Translations under genes and position numbers: made by a program
Assembly (NCBI GenBank): GCA_031431875.1
Contig: JANPEF010000109.1
Span: 1-39,878 of the forward strand
Reading direction: 5' to 3'
Origin: Candidatus Eiseniibacteriota bacterium
GTDB lineage: Bacteria > Eisenbacteria > RBG-16-71-46 > DASYSL01
DNA: 39,878 bases
In this document: positions 8,800 to 22,117 of the stretch, piece after piece
Numbering within the stretch: the first letter of the stretch is position 1
Layout: every line of letters begins with the position of its first letter
Notes under the pieces: model-generated
What the model was told of the DNA's origin: nothing
Seen by the model: only the letters and a program-made list of their open reading frames with translations
The model's database searches: none

Positions 8800-11427
8800 T
8801 CACTGCTCCGGGCCTCCGAGCACGACGACGCGCCGCACGATCGCACGGTCGCCGCGGCTGAGTCGCGCGAGGTAGATCCCGGGCGCCAGCGTGTCCGTTT
8901 CCCCGACGCGCACGGCGTGCGAACCGGCACCGCTCACCTCACGCGACCACACCCGACGTCCCGCCGCGTTGACGAGCTCCAGTCGGGCCTGCGCCGCATC
9001 GGGCAGCGAGAAACGCAGCACGACCGAGCGATCGAGCGAGGGGTTCGGCGCGATCGGCGCAAGCGCGAACGCCAGGGCAGGGTCCCCGGGCGCTGCGACC
9101 GTCTGCTGGGGATCGAGGGACGCGGGCACGCTGACGTTACCGCTCGTGTCCGCGGCGACGATCGCGTAGTACCCGCCCGCAGGACCGACATCCGTGTAGC
9201 CCGTGTCGGGCGAGGCGTGGACGAGATTCGCGGGAACGAGTGCGGGTGCCGCCGCGTCGCGATAGAGCCGGAACTCGTCCAGGTCCAGGGCGGGGCTCAC
9301 ACCCCAGTGGAGCGCGGTCGCGCCCGCCTCGTAGACCGCGGTAAACGGGCTGGGTACAGGCGGCGCCAGGTCGTCCACCGAGAAGCCGAAGTTCTGGGTC
9401 GAGATCGCAAATCCGCCCTGCACCACCGTTAACGCATGGACGTAGTACTCACTGATCCCGTTGAGGGTGGCTGTCGCATTGCCGCCCGTCGCAATCTCGA
9501 CCGCGGTCGAGGCCGCGTTCCCCGGCACGGTCGCGACGAGCACGCCGAGGGGGGGATCGATCCGGACGACCCGATACTCGCTCAGCACGCCGCCCGCGGT
9601 CGTCGGCTCCGCGGAGCTGCGCGTGAACGAGATCGTCGCCGCGCCGCCTTCGTCGCCCTCCACGTCCGCGATCGCGACGATTTCGGGCGGGGATGCGAAC
9701 TTCTGCACGCGCGCATTGAGGAACTCGGTCACGTAGACGTTGCCGGCCGGGTCGGTCGCCATCATCTGCGGGGCGCCAAGCTGGCGCATGGCATCCCCGG
9801 CTTCACCCCATTCCTTCACGTAGCCGCCCATCGGGGTGAATTGCTGCACGCGTCCGTTGCTGTCGCACACGTAGACGAATCCGGCCGCGTCGCACACCAC
9901 GTCGGTGGGATTGTTGAACTGCGCCGGGTTGGTGCCGAACGCGCCCCAGGTCTTCACCAGCGTCCCGCTCGGCGCGTACTTGCGGACCACGTGATCCGAC
10001 GTGCAGGCGGCATAGACGAAGCCCTCGGCATCGATGCCGATGCCGGCGGCGTTGGGCGAGCTCCAGCCGTTGACGTAGCTGCCGTCCGTCGCGAACCGCT
10101 GGATGCGGTGAGCGTCGACGACGTAGACGTGGTTCGCTGCGTCGATCGCGATGTCCCAGATGCCCGTGAACTGGCCGGGCCCCGCGCCCACGCTGCCCCA
10201 CTCACCGACGTAGAGGCCGGCCGGCGCGAACTTCTGGACGCGCGAGTTCAGGTGATCGGTGACGTAGACCACGCCGCTCGTGTCGAGCGCGACGCCCGTG
10301 GGGCCGTTGAACTGACCGCCGCCGCTGCCGCTCGAGCCCCAGGCCCCGGCCCAGGCGCCGAGGGTCGTGAACTTCTGCAGGCGATCGCCGTTCTTGTCGG
10401 CGACGAACACGAACCCGTCGCGCGAGACCGCAACGCCGCGGATGTCGGAAAAGAGGCCATTTCCAGTCCCTGCGGCGCCGAACATCCCGGTGGTTTCGTG
10501 GGGTCCGGTATAGCGGTGTCGATAGACCTGGATCCGCCCGTTTTGCGTGTCGGCGACGTGGATGTCGCCCTTGGGATCGACCGCCACTCCCTGCGGGAAC
10601 TGGAACTGCCCGTAGGGGCCGTTGCCCACCGAGCCCCACGCCACGACGAATACGCCCGTCGAAGTGAAGCGCTGGATGCGGTGATTGTTCGTGTCGACGA
10701 CGTACACGTTGCTGCTGGCGTCGACGGAGACGGCGAAGGGAAACGTGAACTGACCATCCCCCGTGCCGGGGGCGCCCCACTGCCGCAGGAAGTTTCCGTT
10801 GCCGTCGAACTTCTGCAGGCGGTGATTGTAGGTGTCGGCCACGTACACATCGCCGCGCGTGTCGACCGCGATGCCGAAGGGAAGGGCGAACTGGCCCGCC
10901 CCGGTGCCCGACACACCCCATTGCGTGAGATAGACGCCGGCGGAGGTGAACTTCTGCACGCGGTGATTGTGGGTGTCGGCGACGTACACGTGGCCGGCGC
11001 CATCGGCGGCAATCGCTCGCGGATCCTGAAACTGGCCGTTACCCGATCCTTCCGAGCCGAACTCCCCGAGATAGACGCCGGTCGAAGTGAAGCGCTCTAC
11101 CCGGTGCGTATTGACGTCGACCACGAAGACCGTGCCGGACGGGTCGACCGCGATTCCGAACGGGAATTGGAACTGGCCGGGCCCGCTGCCGAGTCCACCC
11201 CATCCCAGGAGGTGGGTCCCGGCCTTCGAGAACTTTTCGACACGGCGCGTCAAGCCGTCGGAGACGAAGGCGTCGCCGTTCGCGTCGATCGCGATGCTCG
11301 AGGGTGAGGCGACGACGCCCGTACCGTAGAAACCGATCGGATCGGAGACCTGAATCGCATGGGCAGGGCGGGCGATGGACAGAATGGACAAGGCGACAAG
11401 GGTCAGCACAGGACGGTAGCGTGGCAT
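8800..11427 (-). CDS. Secreted NHL-repeat protein (about two six-bladed beta-propellers) with C-terminal T9SS-like sorting domain
   Basis: Signal peptide, ~12 repeats of GxGxGQFxxPxGIAVDxxGxVYVADTxNHRIQKF, and C-terminus APNP...VNAAGRRV...PGIYLARL...RRVVVL. Confidence 0.9.
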   Translation of the reverse strand: MPRYRPVLTLVALSILSIARPAHAIQVSDPIGFYGTGVVASPSSIAIDANGDAFVSDGLTRRVEKFSKAGTHLLGWGGLGSGPGQFQFPFGIAVDPSGTVFVVDVNTHRVERFTSTGVYLGEFGSEGSGNGQFQDPRAIAADGAGHVYVADTHNHRVQKFTSAGVYLTQWGVSGTGAGQFALPFGIAVDTRGDVYVADTYNHRLQKFDGNGNFLRQWGAPGTGDGQFTFPFAVSVDASSNVYVVDTNNHRIQRFTSTGVFVVAWGSVGNGPYGQFQFPQGVAVDPKGDIHVADTQNGRIQVYRHRYTGPHETTGMFGAAGTGNGLFSDIRGVAVSRDGFVFVADKNGDRLQKFTTLGAWAGAWGSSGSGGGQFNGPTGVALDTSGVVYVTDHLNSRVQKFAPAGLYVGEWGSVGAGPGQFTGIWDIAIDAANHVYVVDAHRIQRFATDGSYVNGWSSPNAAGIGIDAEGFVYAACTSDHVVRKYAPSGTLVKTWGAFGTNPAQFNNPTDVVCDAAGFVYVCDSNGRVQQFTPMGGYVKEWGEAGDAMRQLGAPQMMATDPAGNVYVTEFLNARVQKFASPPEIVAIADVEGDEGGAATISFTRSSAEPTTAGGVLSEYRVVRIDPPLGVLVATVPGNAASTAVEIATGGNATATLNGISEYYVHALTVVQGGFAISTQNFGFSVDDLAPPVPSPFTAVYEAGATALHWGVSPALDLDEFRLYRDAAAPALVPANLVHASPDTGYTDVGPAGGYYAIVAADTSGNVSVPASLDPQQTVAAPGDPALAFALAPIAPNPSLDRSVVLRFSLPDAAQARLELVNAAGRRVWSREVSGAGSHAVRVGETDTLAPGIYLARLSRGDRAIVRRVVVLGGPEQ

Positions 11428-11748
11428 GGAATCCCCCGGAATGTCGGGGGGTCAGCGCATCATACCTCGCGCCGTGGCCCCCGTCTCCCTCTAGGACGAC
11501 GCGACCTCGCGTTCGTCAGTCTGGGGAACCGCACGTGCCGGGAGGATGCTCCTTCCGGGCCTGGCGAATTCCATCGACCGTCACCTCGCAGAAGAGGACC
11601 CCACTCGGAATCGGGTGTCGTCGAACACGAACAGGTTCTGGACTCCGGGATTGGCGCCCGGATACCGGCATCCCGGGACGGCGATCGAGCCGGGCTGCCC
11701 CGGCCACGCCGGCAAGTCGGTCGAGGCCCGGAACAGCACCGTCGGACC

Positions 11749-11865
11749 GGCGACCTTGCGCCCGAGCTTGGTGTCGCGGGCGCGATACACCTCACCCATC
11801 CCGCCCGCACCCAGCGGGGCGATGATCTCGTCCTATCTGAGACGGGTGCCGGTGGCCAATGACAT
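11749..11865 (-). pseudogene. 5' relic of a Hanks-type Ser/Thr protein kinase
   Basis: [38 protein letters not shown], with in-frame TAG at 11833-11835. Similarity ends just before the catalytic Lys (VAIK). Confidence 0.85.
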
Positions 11866-12044
11866 CGGGCGAATGCATGCCACCGGGGTGCGAACTGCTC
11901 CCTGACCCTCTCTGGCGCGCCGCGTATGCGAGGGTTCGACGAATCTCCCAGTTCCTGATCGCCGTGCGCGCTGTGCCAGTCTTGTGCAAGAACCAGCGAC
12001 AACCGAGGAGAACGATCGCTCGCCATCGACCTCATGAGGACTCC

Positions 12045-12131
12045 AACTTCCAGTGGGCGTGGTCGACCGGCTGGATGGCGGGGAGAGCGGCGGCAAGATC
12101 CCTGGATGCCGAACTCACGACAAAGCCATGA
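12045..12131 (+). pseudogene. 3' relic of an HI0933/YhiN-family flavoprotein gene
   Basis: NFQWAWSTGWMAGRAAA...* matches the recalled family C-terminal motif GGYNFQWAWSSG..AG. Upstream sequence is unrelated. Confidence 0.65.
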
Positions 12132-12258
12132 ATCCGGCGGTTGATATGCTCGAATCGAGTACGCCCCAGCTCGCGGCTCGCGCGGTATGCTCCCCGACAC
12201 GCGTGGCTGCGGGGTGGAGCGGTCTCGCGAGGCGAACTCCTACGGAGGCGCGACTCCC

Positions 12259-15291
<3,033 letters not shown>

Positions 15292-15302
15292 GAGGAGGAA
15301 CG

Positions 15303-16136
15303 ATGCCGAGGATCCTGGTGGTTGACGACGATCGCGCGACGCTGAGGCTCCTCGAGGGCGTGCTCTCGCGCGCCGGATTCACGACCGCCACGGCCAACGA
15401 CGGGCTCGAGGCGAAAGAGCGGCTGCGCCGCGGCCGCTTCGATCTCGTGCTCGCCGACGTCTGGATGCCGCGCATGAACGGCATCGAGCTCCTGGCGAGC
15501 CTGCGCGGCCGCAAGGTGAAGCCGCGCGTCGTGGTGATGACCTCCGACGACACTCCGGAGACGCTGCTCAAGGCCGTGCGCGAACAGGCTTGTCGCTACG
15601 TCCACAAGCCGATCGATCCCGCGCAGCTCATCGAGACCCTGCGCGAGGTGCTCGAGTCGGCAGGGCCGCCGCTACCGATCGAGGTCGTCTCGGCCCGTCC
15701 GGAGTGGGTCGAGCTCGTCGTGCCTTGCACGCGCGCGTCCGCGGCCCGCATCGAGGACGTGATGCGCCATCTCGAGGCCGATCTCACGGAGGAGGTCCGC
15801 GAGTCCGTGTCCTCCGCGTTCCGGGAACTCTTGCTCAACGCGATCGAGTGGGGCGGCGGGCTCGATCCCGAGCGCAAGGTCCGCATTGCCTGCCTGCGCG
15901 CCAGGCGCATGATCCTTTACCGCATCGCCGACCCCGGGCCGGGATTCGATCCGGAGCGTCTCGAGCACGCGGCGGCGGGCCACGCCGAGGACGATCCGAT
16001 CGGGCACGTCGCCGTGCGCGAAGACAAGGGCATCCGTCCCGGTGGCTTCGGTCTCGTGATGGTGAAGGCGCAGGTCGACGAGTTGATCTACAACGAGCTG
16101 CGCAACGAGGTGGTCTTCGTCAAGTACCTGGAGTGA
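15303..16136 (+). CDS. Response regulator: receiver domain fused to RsbW-like anti-sigma kinase (HATPase_c_2) domain
   Basis: ILVVDDD, ADVWMP and KP receiver motifs, then FRELLLNAIEWG...IADPGPGFD...GGFGL...N..RNEV. Strong RBS GGAGGAGG. Confidence 0.88.
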   Translation: MPRILVVDDDRATLRLLEGVLSRAGFTTATANDGLEAKERLRRGRFDLVLADVWMPRMNGIELLASLRGRKVKPRVVVMTSDDTPETLLKAVREQACRYVHKPIDPAQLIETLREVLESAGPPLPIEVVSARPEWVELVVPCTRASAARIEDVMRHLEADLTEEVRESVSSAFRELLLNAIEWGGGLDPERKVRIACLRARRMILYRIADPGPGFDPERLEHAAAGHAEDDPIGHVAVREDKGIRPGGFGLVMVKAQVDELIYNELRNEVVFVKYLE

Positions 16137-17107
16137 ATCGCCCCGGATGGTCCAAATGTTCCGGCTGCGGGAAGAGGACCTTCGATCGCTCGGAAGCGCA
16201 CCAGCGCGCGCTCGACACCAAAGGCAGGAACACCCTGTTCAATCGCCACGAGGATCGCAACGGCCGGCTCGTCCCCTGGGTCCTGTCCCTGGGCCTGCAC
16301 GCGGGTGCGATCCTGTTCCTCCTGCCGATGCTCATGGCGGCCCCGGCGACGAGACACCGGCCGGAAGTGATCAACGTCGTGCTCACGACACCGAGTGAGG
16401 CGCCGCCCTTCTTTTCCGAGCTTCCTCCCGACCGGGCGGGCGAGGCGCCGAAAAAGCCGGACGTCCTCAGCAACGTGACGAGCAGCGCGCGCGATCGTAT
16501 TTCCGGCGGCGACACCGACACTCCGAGGATGCAGGGCGAGAGCGATGCCCCGACAGTGAAGCTCGCACCCGAGAAGAAGTCGTCGAGCTCCGCCGCGGCC
16601 TCACCGCAACAGCCGACCGAGCAAGTGGGGTTGCGCGCCGCGGACTCCCGGGTCGCCCCGCAGAAGCCGGACGGCGAAGCGCTCGTGCGCGTGCCGGAGG
16701 ACGAGGCCCGTCGCGGTTCGCTGGGGAACTCGGGCATCGATCAGCCCGAGATGGCACATCCCGCCGGCAACGCCACGTTCCTTGGGGACGTGAGCCTCAA
16801 CACCATTGCCTGGGACTATGCTCCCTGGCTCCAGCGCTTCGGCATGCAGCTCCGGGAGCGATGGTATGCCCCTCCCGCGTACAGCTACGGAATCCTCAAG
16901 GAGGGGGGCTGGGCGTTGATCGAGGTCGAGATCACGCGCTCCGGAAAAGTGCTGCGCCTCGATCTCCGCGATGAGCAGGGACACCCGTCGCTGATCCGCG
17001 CGGCACACAGTGCGCTTCGCTCGATGGCCCCGATCGAGCCCCTTCCCGCCGACTTCCCCGAGCCGACGTTGATCCTGCGCATTCGCATGGTCTACCCGTC
17101 GAGGTAG
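16133..17107 (+). CDS. TonB/TolA-like energy transducer (TM anchor with S/H motif, flexible linker, TonB_C-like domain); start uncertain
   Basis: VLSLGLHAG anchor, Pro/Ser-rich linker, C-terminal W..P...EVEITRSGKV...AAHSAL...PIEPLPADFP. Only GTG 16133 or a CTG near 16235 is available as a start before the anchor. Confidence 0.7.
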   Translation: MNRPGWSKCSGCGKRTFDRSEAHQRALDTKGRNTLFNRHEDRNGRLVPWVLSLGLHAGAILFLLPMLMAAPATRHRPEVINVVLTTPSEAPPFFSELPPDRAGEAPKKPDVLSNVTSSARDRISGGDTDTPRMQGESDAPTVKLAPEKKSSSSAAASPQQPTEQVGLRAADSRVAPQKPDGEALVRVPEDEARRGSLGNSGIDQPEMAHPAGNATFLGDVSLNTIAWDYAPWLQRFGMQLRERWYAPPAYSYGILKEGGWALIEVEITRSGKVLRLDLRDEQGHPSLIRAAHSALRSMAPIEPLPADFPEPTLILRIRMVYPSR

Positions 17108-17314
17108 CCAGGAGCGAAGATTCGTGCGGAGTCGCATGGATGCGGCTCACTCACCGATCCCCATCTTCGCCACCCCGTGCCTGCTGCTGCCGCACGAGCC
17201 GCCCGGCGGCGTCGAAGCTGCTGAGGATCGAACCAGCTCGCGCCTCGTTGCTGTCGCTCAGGCTGAGGTTGTGGATGCCGTTCGCGTCGAAGCCCACGGT
17301 GCCCGGGCCGGCGA

Positions 17315-20300
17315 TCATGCGCCGGCCACGGGAACGGGCATGCGGTCCGGATGCGCCTCCGGGGCCGCCCACTCGACGGCGGCGGGCCCTTCGGTCACTT
17401 CCTTGCGGCGCCAGAGGTAGTAGATCGCCGGATAGACAAGCAGCTCGAGCAGGAACGAGGTGACGAGGCCGCCGACCATCGGCGCGGCGATCCGCTTCAT
17501 GAGGTCCGAGCCGGTTTCCATGGACCACATGATGGGCAGCAGTCCCATGAACGCGGCCGCCACCGTCATGGCCTTGGGGCGGACGCGCTTCACCGCGCCA
17601 TGGATGATGGCCTCGACGAGATCTCCGGTCGTGCGCAGGCGGCCGCGTGCCCTGGCTTCGTCGTGGGACAGGTCGAGGAACAGCAGCATGAACACCCCCG
17701 TCTCCGCGTCGAGACCCGCCAGCGCGATCATGCCCACCCACACCGCGATGGAGATGTTGTAGTCCAGCAGGTACAGCAGCCAGACCGCCCCGATCAGGGA
17801 GAACGGCACGGCGAGCATGACCATGCCCGACTTGAACATCGACCTGGTGTTCAGGAAGAGGAGGCCGAAGATCAGCAGCAGCGTGAGGGGGATGACGAGC
17901 TTCATGCGTTCCTTCACGCGCAGCATGTTCTCGTACTGCCCGCTCCAGGAGACCGCATAGCCGGTCGGCAGCTTCACCTTCGCGGCAACAGCCTGCTTGC
18001 CGCGCTCGACGTAACGCCCGATATCCGTCCTCGACACGTCGAAGTCGACGTAGACGTATCCCGTGAGCAGCCCGTTCTCGTCGCGGATCATCGACGGTCC
18101 CTCGACCATGCGGACGTCCGCAATCTCGGACATGGGAATCTGACTGCGGCCGCCCGGCAGCGGCAGCAGCACCCGCTTCAGCGCCTCCACGTCATCGCGA
18201 TAGTCCCGCGCGTAGCGCACGTTGACGCCATAGCGTTCACGCCCCTCGACGGTCGTCGTCTGGTTGTCTCCACCCACCGCGGTCATGACCATCATGTTCG
18301 CGTCGTCCACGGAGAGGCCGTAGCGCGCGAGTTGATCGCGATCCAGCACGAAGTCGAGAAAGTAGCCGCCCGCGACACGTTCGGCGTAGACGCTGCGGGT
18401 GCCCGGAACATCCTGCAGGGCGGACTCGATCTCGATCGCCGTCTTCTGGATGATCTGGAGATCCGCCCCGCTCACCTTGATCCCGACCGGCGTGCGGATG
18501 CCCGTCGACAGCATGTCGAGCCGTGCCTTGATCGGCATGGTCCACGCATTGCTGATGCCGGGAAGCTGCAACGCCGAGTTCATCTCGTCGACGAGCTGCT
18601 CCTCGGTGATCCGATCCCCCCAGAACGGCCGAAGGCCCGCCTTGATCCATTCCGGCGCCCAGCTGGAGTACCAGCGAGGCCGTGCTCGCCACTGGGACTC
18701 CGGTTTGAGCAGGATCGTCGTCTCCATCATGGAGAACGGCGCTGGATCCGTGGGCGTGTCGGCCCGACCCGCCTTGCCGAAGATGGTCGCGACCTCCGGG
18801 AACGTGAGCAGGAGCTTGTCCTGAACCTGGAGCGCCTTCTGCGCCTCGGCGACGGACATGCCCGGCTGGACGGCGGAGGGCATGTACAGCAGCGAGCCCT
18901 CGCGCAACGGCGGCATGAACTCGGAGCCGAGCGACAGGTAGACGGGCACGGTCGAGGCGACCAGCAGGAGGCTGACGATCACCGTCGCCTTCGCATGGCG
19001 GACGACGAATCGGCATGGACCCTCGTAGACACGGTGCAGGAGCCGGCTGATGGGATGCCGCTCCTCCGAGTAGTAACGGCCAACCAGGAGCTGCGTCGCG
19101 AGCCATGACAGCCAGCGCGGTCGGAACGTGAACGGCTCGATGCGCGCGAAGAGCATCCGTACGGCGGGATTGAAGGTGATCGCCAGCACCGCCGCGATCG
19201 CCATCGCCAGGTTCTTCGAGTAGGCCAGCGGCCTGAACAGCCGGCCCTCCTGGTCCACCAGGGTGAACACCGGCATGAACGCGACTGCGATGATGAGCAG
19301 CGAAAAGAAAACCGATGGCCCAACCTCGAGGAGTGCCGACAATCGCACCTCGCGGAAGTCGCCCTTCATGCCGTCGGCCTGCCAGTGATGAATCTTGTTG
19401 TAGGCGTTCTCGACCTCGATGATCGCCCCATCCACCAGCACGCCGATCGAGATGGCGATGCCGGCCATGGTCAGCAGGTTCGCATTGAGTCCCATCAGGT
19501 ACATGGGGATGAACGCCAGGGCGACGCTGATGGGAATGGTGAGGATGGGGACCGTGGCCGACGGGATGTGCCAGAGGAAGAGCAGGATCACCAGGGAGAC
19601 GATGATCACTTCCTCGATGATCTTGTTCCGGACGCTGTGAATCGCCCGATCGATGAGCTCGGATCGGTCGTAAGTGGTCACCAGCTCCACGCCCGGTGGA
19701 AGGGAAGGCTTGAGCTCCTCGAGCCGGGCCTTGACGCGGCTGATGACGTCGAGGGCGTTCTCGCCCTGCCGCATCACCACGATGCCGCCGACCACGTCGC
19801 CTTCACCGTTGTAATCGGCGATGCCGCGTCGCATCTCGGGCCCGATCGCCACCGTCGCGACGTCCTTGACCTGAATGGGTGTGCCGTTCTCGGTCTTGAG
19901 CACGAGCTTCTCGAGATCGGCAATGGACTTCACGTATCCGCGGCCGCGCACCATGTACTCGCGGCCGGAGATCTCCACCAGGCGCCCGCCCACGTCGTTG
20001 TTGCCCTTGCGTACGGCTTCGACGACCGCGTCGAGCGGCAGCCCGTACGCCGCCAGGCTCGCGGGGTGCACGGTGATCTGGTACTGGCGTACCTGACCGC
20101 CGACCGTCGCGACCTCGGAAACGCCCGGCACGCTCTGCACCGCGTAGCGCAGGAACCAGTCCTGGTAGCTGCGGAGCTCGTCGGTGGAGTGCTTCCCGGA
20201 CCGGTCGACGAGCGCGTACTGGAAGACCCATCCGACGCTCGTCGCATCAGGTCCGAGCTCGGTCTCGACGCCCGCGGGAAGCCGGGACGAGATCTTGGAG

Positions 20301-20638
20301 AGATACTCGAGCACGCGCGAGCGGGCCCAGTAAGGATCGGTCCCGTCCTGGAAGACGACGTAGACGAAGCTGTAACCGAAGTCCGAGAAGCCGCGGATCG
20401 CCTTGACTCGCGGCGCGCCGAGCAGCGACGTGATGATCGGGTACGTGACCTGGTCTTCGATGATGTCGGGACTGCGGTCCCATCGTGAATAGACGATCAC
20501 CTGGGTGTCCGAGAGGTCCGGCAGCGCATCCAGCGGGATGTGCTTCATCGTCCAGAACGAGAACAGCAGGGCCACGAGCGTCGCCGCGATGACGAGGTAC
20601 CGGTTGTTCGCGGAGAATCGGATGATCGCGTGGATCAT
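17315..20638 (-). CDS. cusA: CusA-type Cu(I)/Ag(I) heavy-metal efflux RND permease
   Basis: PLDALPDLSDTQVI, LGPDAT.VGW, GVLVDGAI..VEN, RVRPKAMT. Met positions of the CusA metal site are present (LLYMP, SMMET, RLDML). Confidence 0.93.
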   Translation of the reverse strand: MIHAIIRFSANNRYLVIAATLVALLFSFWTMKHIPLDALPDLSDTQVIVYSRWDRSPDIIEDQVTYPIITSLLGAPRVKAIRGFSDFGYSFVYVVFQDGTDPYWARSRVLEYLSKISSRLPAGVETELGPDATSVGWVFQYALVDRSGKHSTDELRSYQDWFLRYAVQSVPGVSEVATVGGQVRQYQITVHPASLAAYGLPLDAVVEAVRKGNNDVGGRLVEISGREYMVRGRGYVKSIADLEKLVLKTENGTPIQVKDVATVAIGPEMRRGIADYNGEGDVVGGIVVMRQGENALDVISRVKARLEELKPSLPPGVELVTTYDRSELIDRAIHSVRNKIIEEVIIVSLVILLFLWHIPSATVPILTIPISVALAFIPMYLMGLNANLLTMAGIAISIGVLVDGAIIEVENAYNKIHHWQADGMKGDFREVRLSALLEVGPSVFFSLLIIAVAFMPVFTLVDQEGRLFRPLAYSKNLAMAIAAVLAITFNPAVRMLFARIEPFTFRPRWLSWLATQLLVGRYYSEERHPISRLLHRVYEGPCRFVVRHAKATVIVSLLLVASTVPVYLSLGSEFMPPLREGSLLYMPSAVQPGMSVAEAQKALQVQDKLLLTFPEVATIFGKAGRADTPTDPAPFSMMETTILLKPESQWRARPRWYSSWAPEWIKAGLRPFWGDRITEEQLVDEMNSALQLPGISNAWTMPIKARLDMLSTGIRTPVGIKVSGADLQIIQKTAIEIESALQDVPGTRSVYAERVAGGYFLDFVLDRDQLARYGLSVDDANMMVMTAVGGDNQTTTVEGRERYGVNVRYARDYRDDVEALKRVLLPLPGGRSQIPMSEIADVRMVEGPSMIRDENGLLTGYVYVDFDVSRTDIGRYVERGKQAVAAKVKLPTGYAVSWSGQYENMLRVKERMKLVIPLTLLLIFGLLFLNTRSMFKSGMVMLAVPFSLIGAVWLLYLLDYNISIAVWVGMIALAGLDAETGVFMLLFLDLSHDEARARGRLRTTGDLVEAIIHGAVKRVRPKAMTVAAAFMGLLPIMWSMETGSDLMKRIAAPMVGGLVTSFLLELLVYPAIYYLWRRKEVTEGPAAVEWAAPEAHPDRMPVPVAGA

Positions 20639-22104
20639 GGCCTCTTCTCCGACATGGCGGCGAGCGACGCCCGCAGTTGCGACTCGGAGTCCACCAGGAA
20701 GTCGGCCCGTGTCACTACATGCTGGCCCACCTCCACACCGCTTCTCACCTCGACGTCACTGCCATTCCGTGCGCCGAGCAGGACTTCGCGCGGCGAGAAC
20801 TTGCCGTCCCCGAGGGCGATGAAGACGACATCCTTCGTGCCGGCACGAATCACCGCATCCGCCGGGATGCGCAGGCCCTCCCGGTCGCGGCCCTCGAGCA
20901 CGACGTCGCCATACATCTCGGGCTTGAGTGCCATGTCCGGGTTCGCGAAGTGCATGTGCACCTTCGCCGTTCGCGTCGCCGGATCGAGCAGCGGATCGAT
21001 GAACGCGACGCTTCCGCGGAAGGTCCGGCCCGGGTAGGCCTTGAGCGTCATGGCTGCCAGCATGCCGACACGCACGAACGCGAGGTCGCCTTCATAGGCG
21101 TCGGCCATGATCCACACCTCGGCGAGATCGGTGATCTCGAAGGGGGTGTCCCCGGCCCTGACACTCGCACCCTGCACGACGCTCTTGGCCGTGACGACGC
21201 CGCTGATCGGCGAGTGAAACGTGAACGTCTTCGACGGGGTCCGGGTCCGCTCGAGCCGCTGGATCTCGGCGGCCGGGACATCCCACAGCTCGAGCTTCCG
21301 CCGTGAGCCCTCGACGAGGGACGCACCGCTGTTGTTCGTCGAGCCTGCCTTGTCGAGGGCGTCCCGCGTCTGCAGGGCGAGGACGTACTCGTTCTCGGCG
21401 GCCAGCATCGAGGGGCTGTAGAGAGAGAAGAGGGGCTGGCCGCGGCGCACCGGCCTTCCCACGAAGTCGACGAACATCTGCTCGACGTAGCCCTCCACCT
21501 TGATGTTCGCCTTGCGGACACGAGTCGGGTCGACCTCGACCCGGCCGACCGTCCGCCAGCTGCCCGAGACCGGCCCGGGCGTCACGGGTGCGACCTGCAG
21601 CCCGATCAATTGCTGGCGCGCCGGGTCGATGGTTACGGACGCACGGCCCTCCACCGAAGGCCCCGCATTGCTCTCCTCGCCCTGGTACACCGGGATGTAG
21701 TCCATTCCCATCTCGTCCTTGCGGGGAGTGGGCGAAGTCTGATTGGGATCCATGGGGGAGCGGTAGAACCGGATGCTTCGCTCGCCCGCTCCGGGGGCGC
21801 CGGCCTTCGCCGCCGCCTTCACTTCGACCAGCTTCATTCCGCAGATTGGACAGTCTGCGGGATGATCGGAAGTGATCGTGGGATGCATCGGGCACTGGTA
21901 CAACGGACTGTCCGCGGAAGCCGACGCACTGTCGTGTCCCCCTGCGGAGCGGTGTATCGTCCACCAGGTCGCGCCGCCGCCGACCACGACGCCGGCAAGA
22001 AGCAGCCCGGCGCCCATGGCGAGGAGCCGTGTCGTCGACCACGACGTCTGCGGCCGCGTCGCCTTGCCCGCCCTGTTCCCGAGTTCTTCGTCTTCGGTCT
22101 TCAC
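20635..22104 (-). CDS. cusB: CusB-type periplasmic adaptor with N-terminal heavy-metal-binding domains
   Basis: YQCPMHP...CPICGMKL and YRSPMDP...KDEMGMDY, MFP core, FLVDSESQL. GGAGGAG before GTG 22104. ATGA overlap with cusA. Confidence 0.9.
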   Translation of the reverse strand: MKTEDEELGNRAGKATRPQTSWSTTRLLAMGAGLLLAGVVVGGGATWWTIHRSAGGHDSASASADSPLYQCPMHPTITSDHPADCPICGMKLVEVKAAAKAGAPGAGERSIRFYRSPMDPNQTSPTPRKDEMGMDYIPVYQGEESNAGPSVEGRASVTIDPARQQLIGLQVAPVTPGPVSGSWRTVGRVEVDPTRVRKANIKVEGYVEQMFVDFVGRPVRRGQPLFSLYSPSMLAAENEYVLALQTRDALDKAGSTNNSGASLVEGSRRKLELWDVPAAEIQRLERTRTPSKTFTFHSPISGVVTAKSVVQGASVRAGDTPFEITDLAEVWIMADAYEGDLAFVRVGMLAAMTLKAYPGRTFRGSVAFIDPLLDPATRTAKVHMHFANPDMALKPEMYGDVVLEGRDREGLRIPADAVIRAGTKDVVFIALGDGKFSPREVLLGARNGSDVEVRSGVEVGQHVVTRADFLVDSESQLRASLAAMSEKRP

Positions 22105-22117
22105 GATCTCCTCCGCG

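Noticed and set aside
9700..11300. Recurring DNA repeats (e.g. GAACTTCTGCA, GGTGATTG) as a CRISPR array or DGR
   Set aside because: They are degenerate, codon-phased copies of NHL protein repeats. There are no identical repeats with spacers, and no cas or reverse transcriptase gene.
11960..11990. TGGCAC on the minus strand as a sigma54 promoter
   Set aside because: No GC/TTGC at the -12 position.
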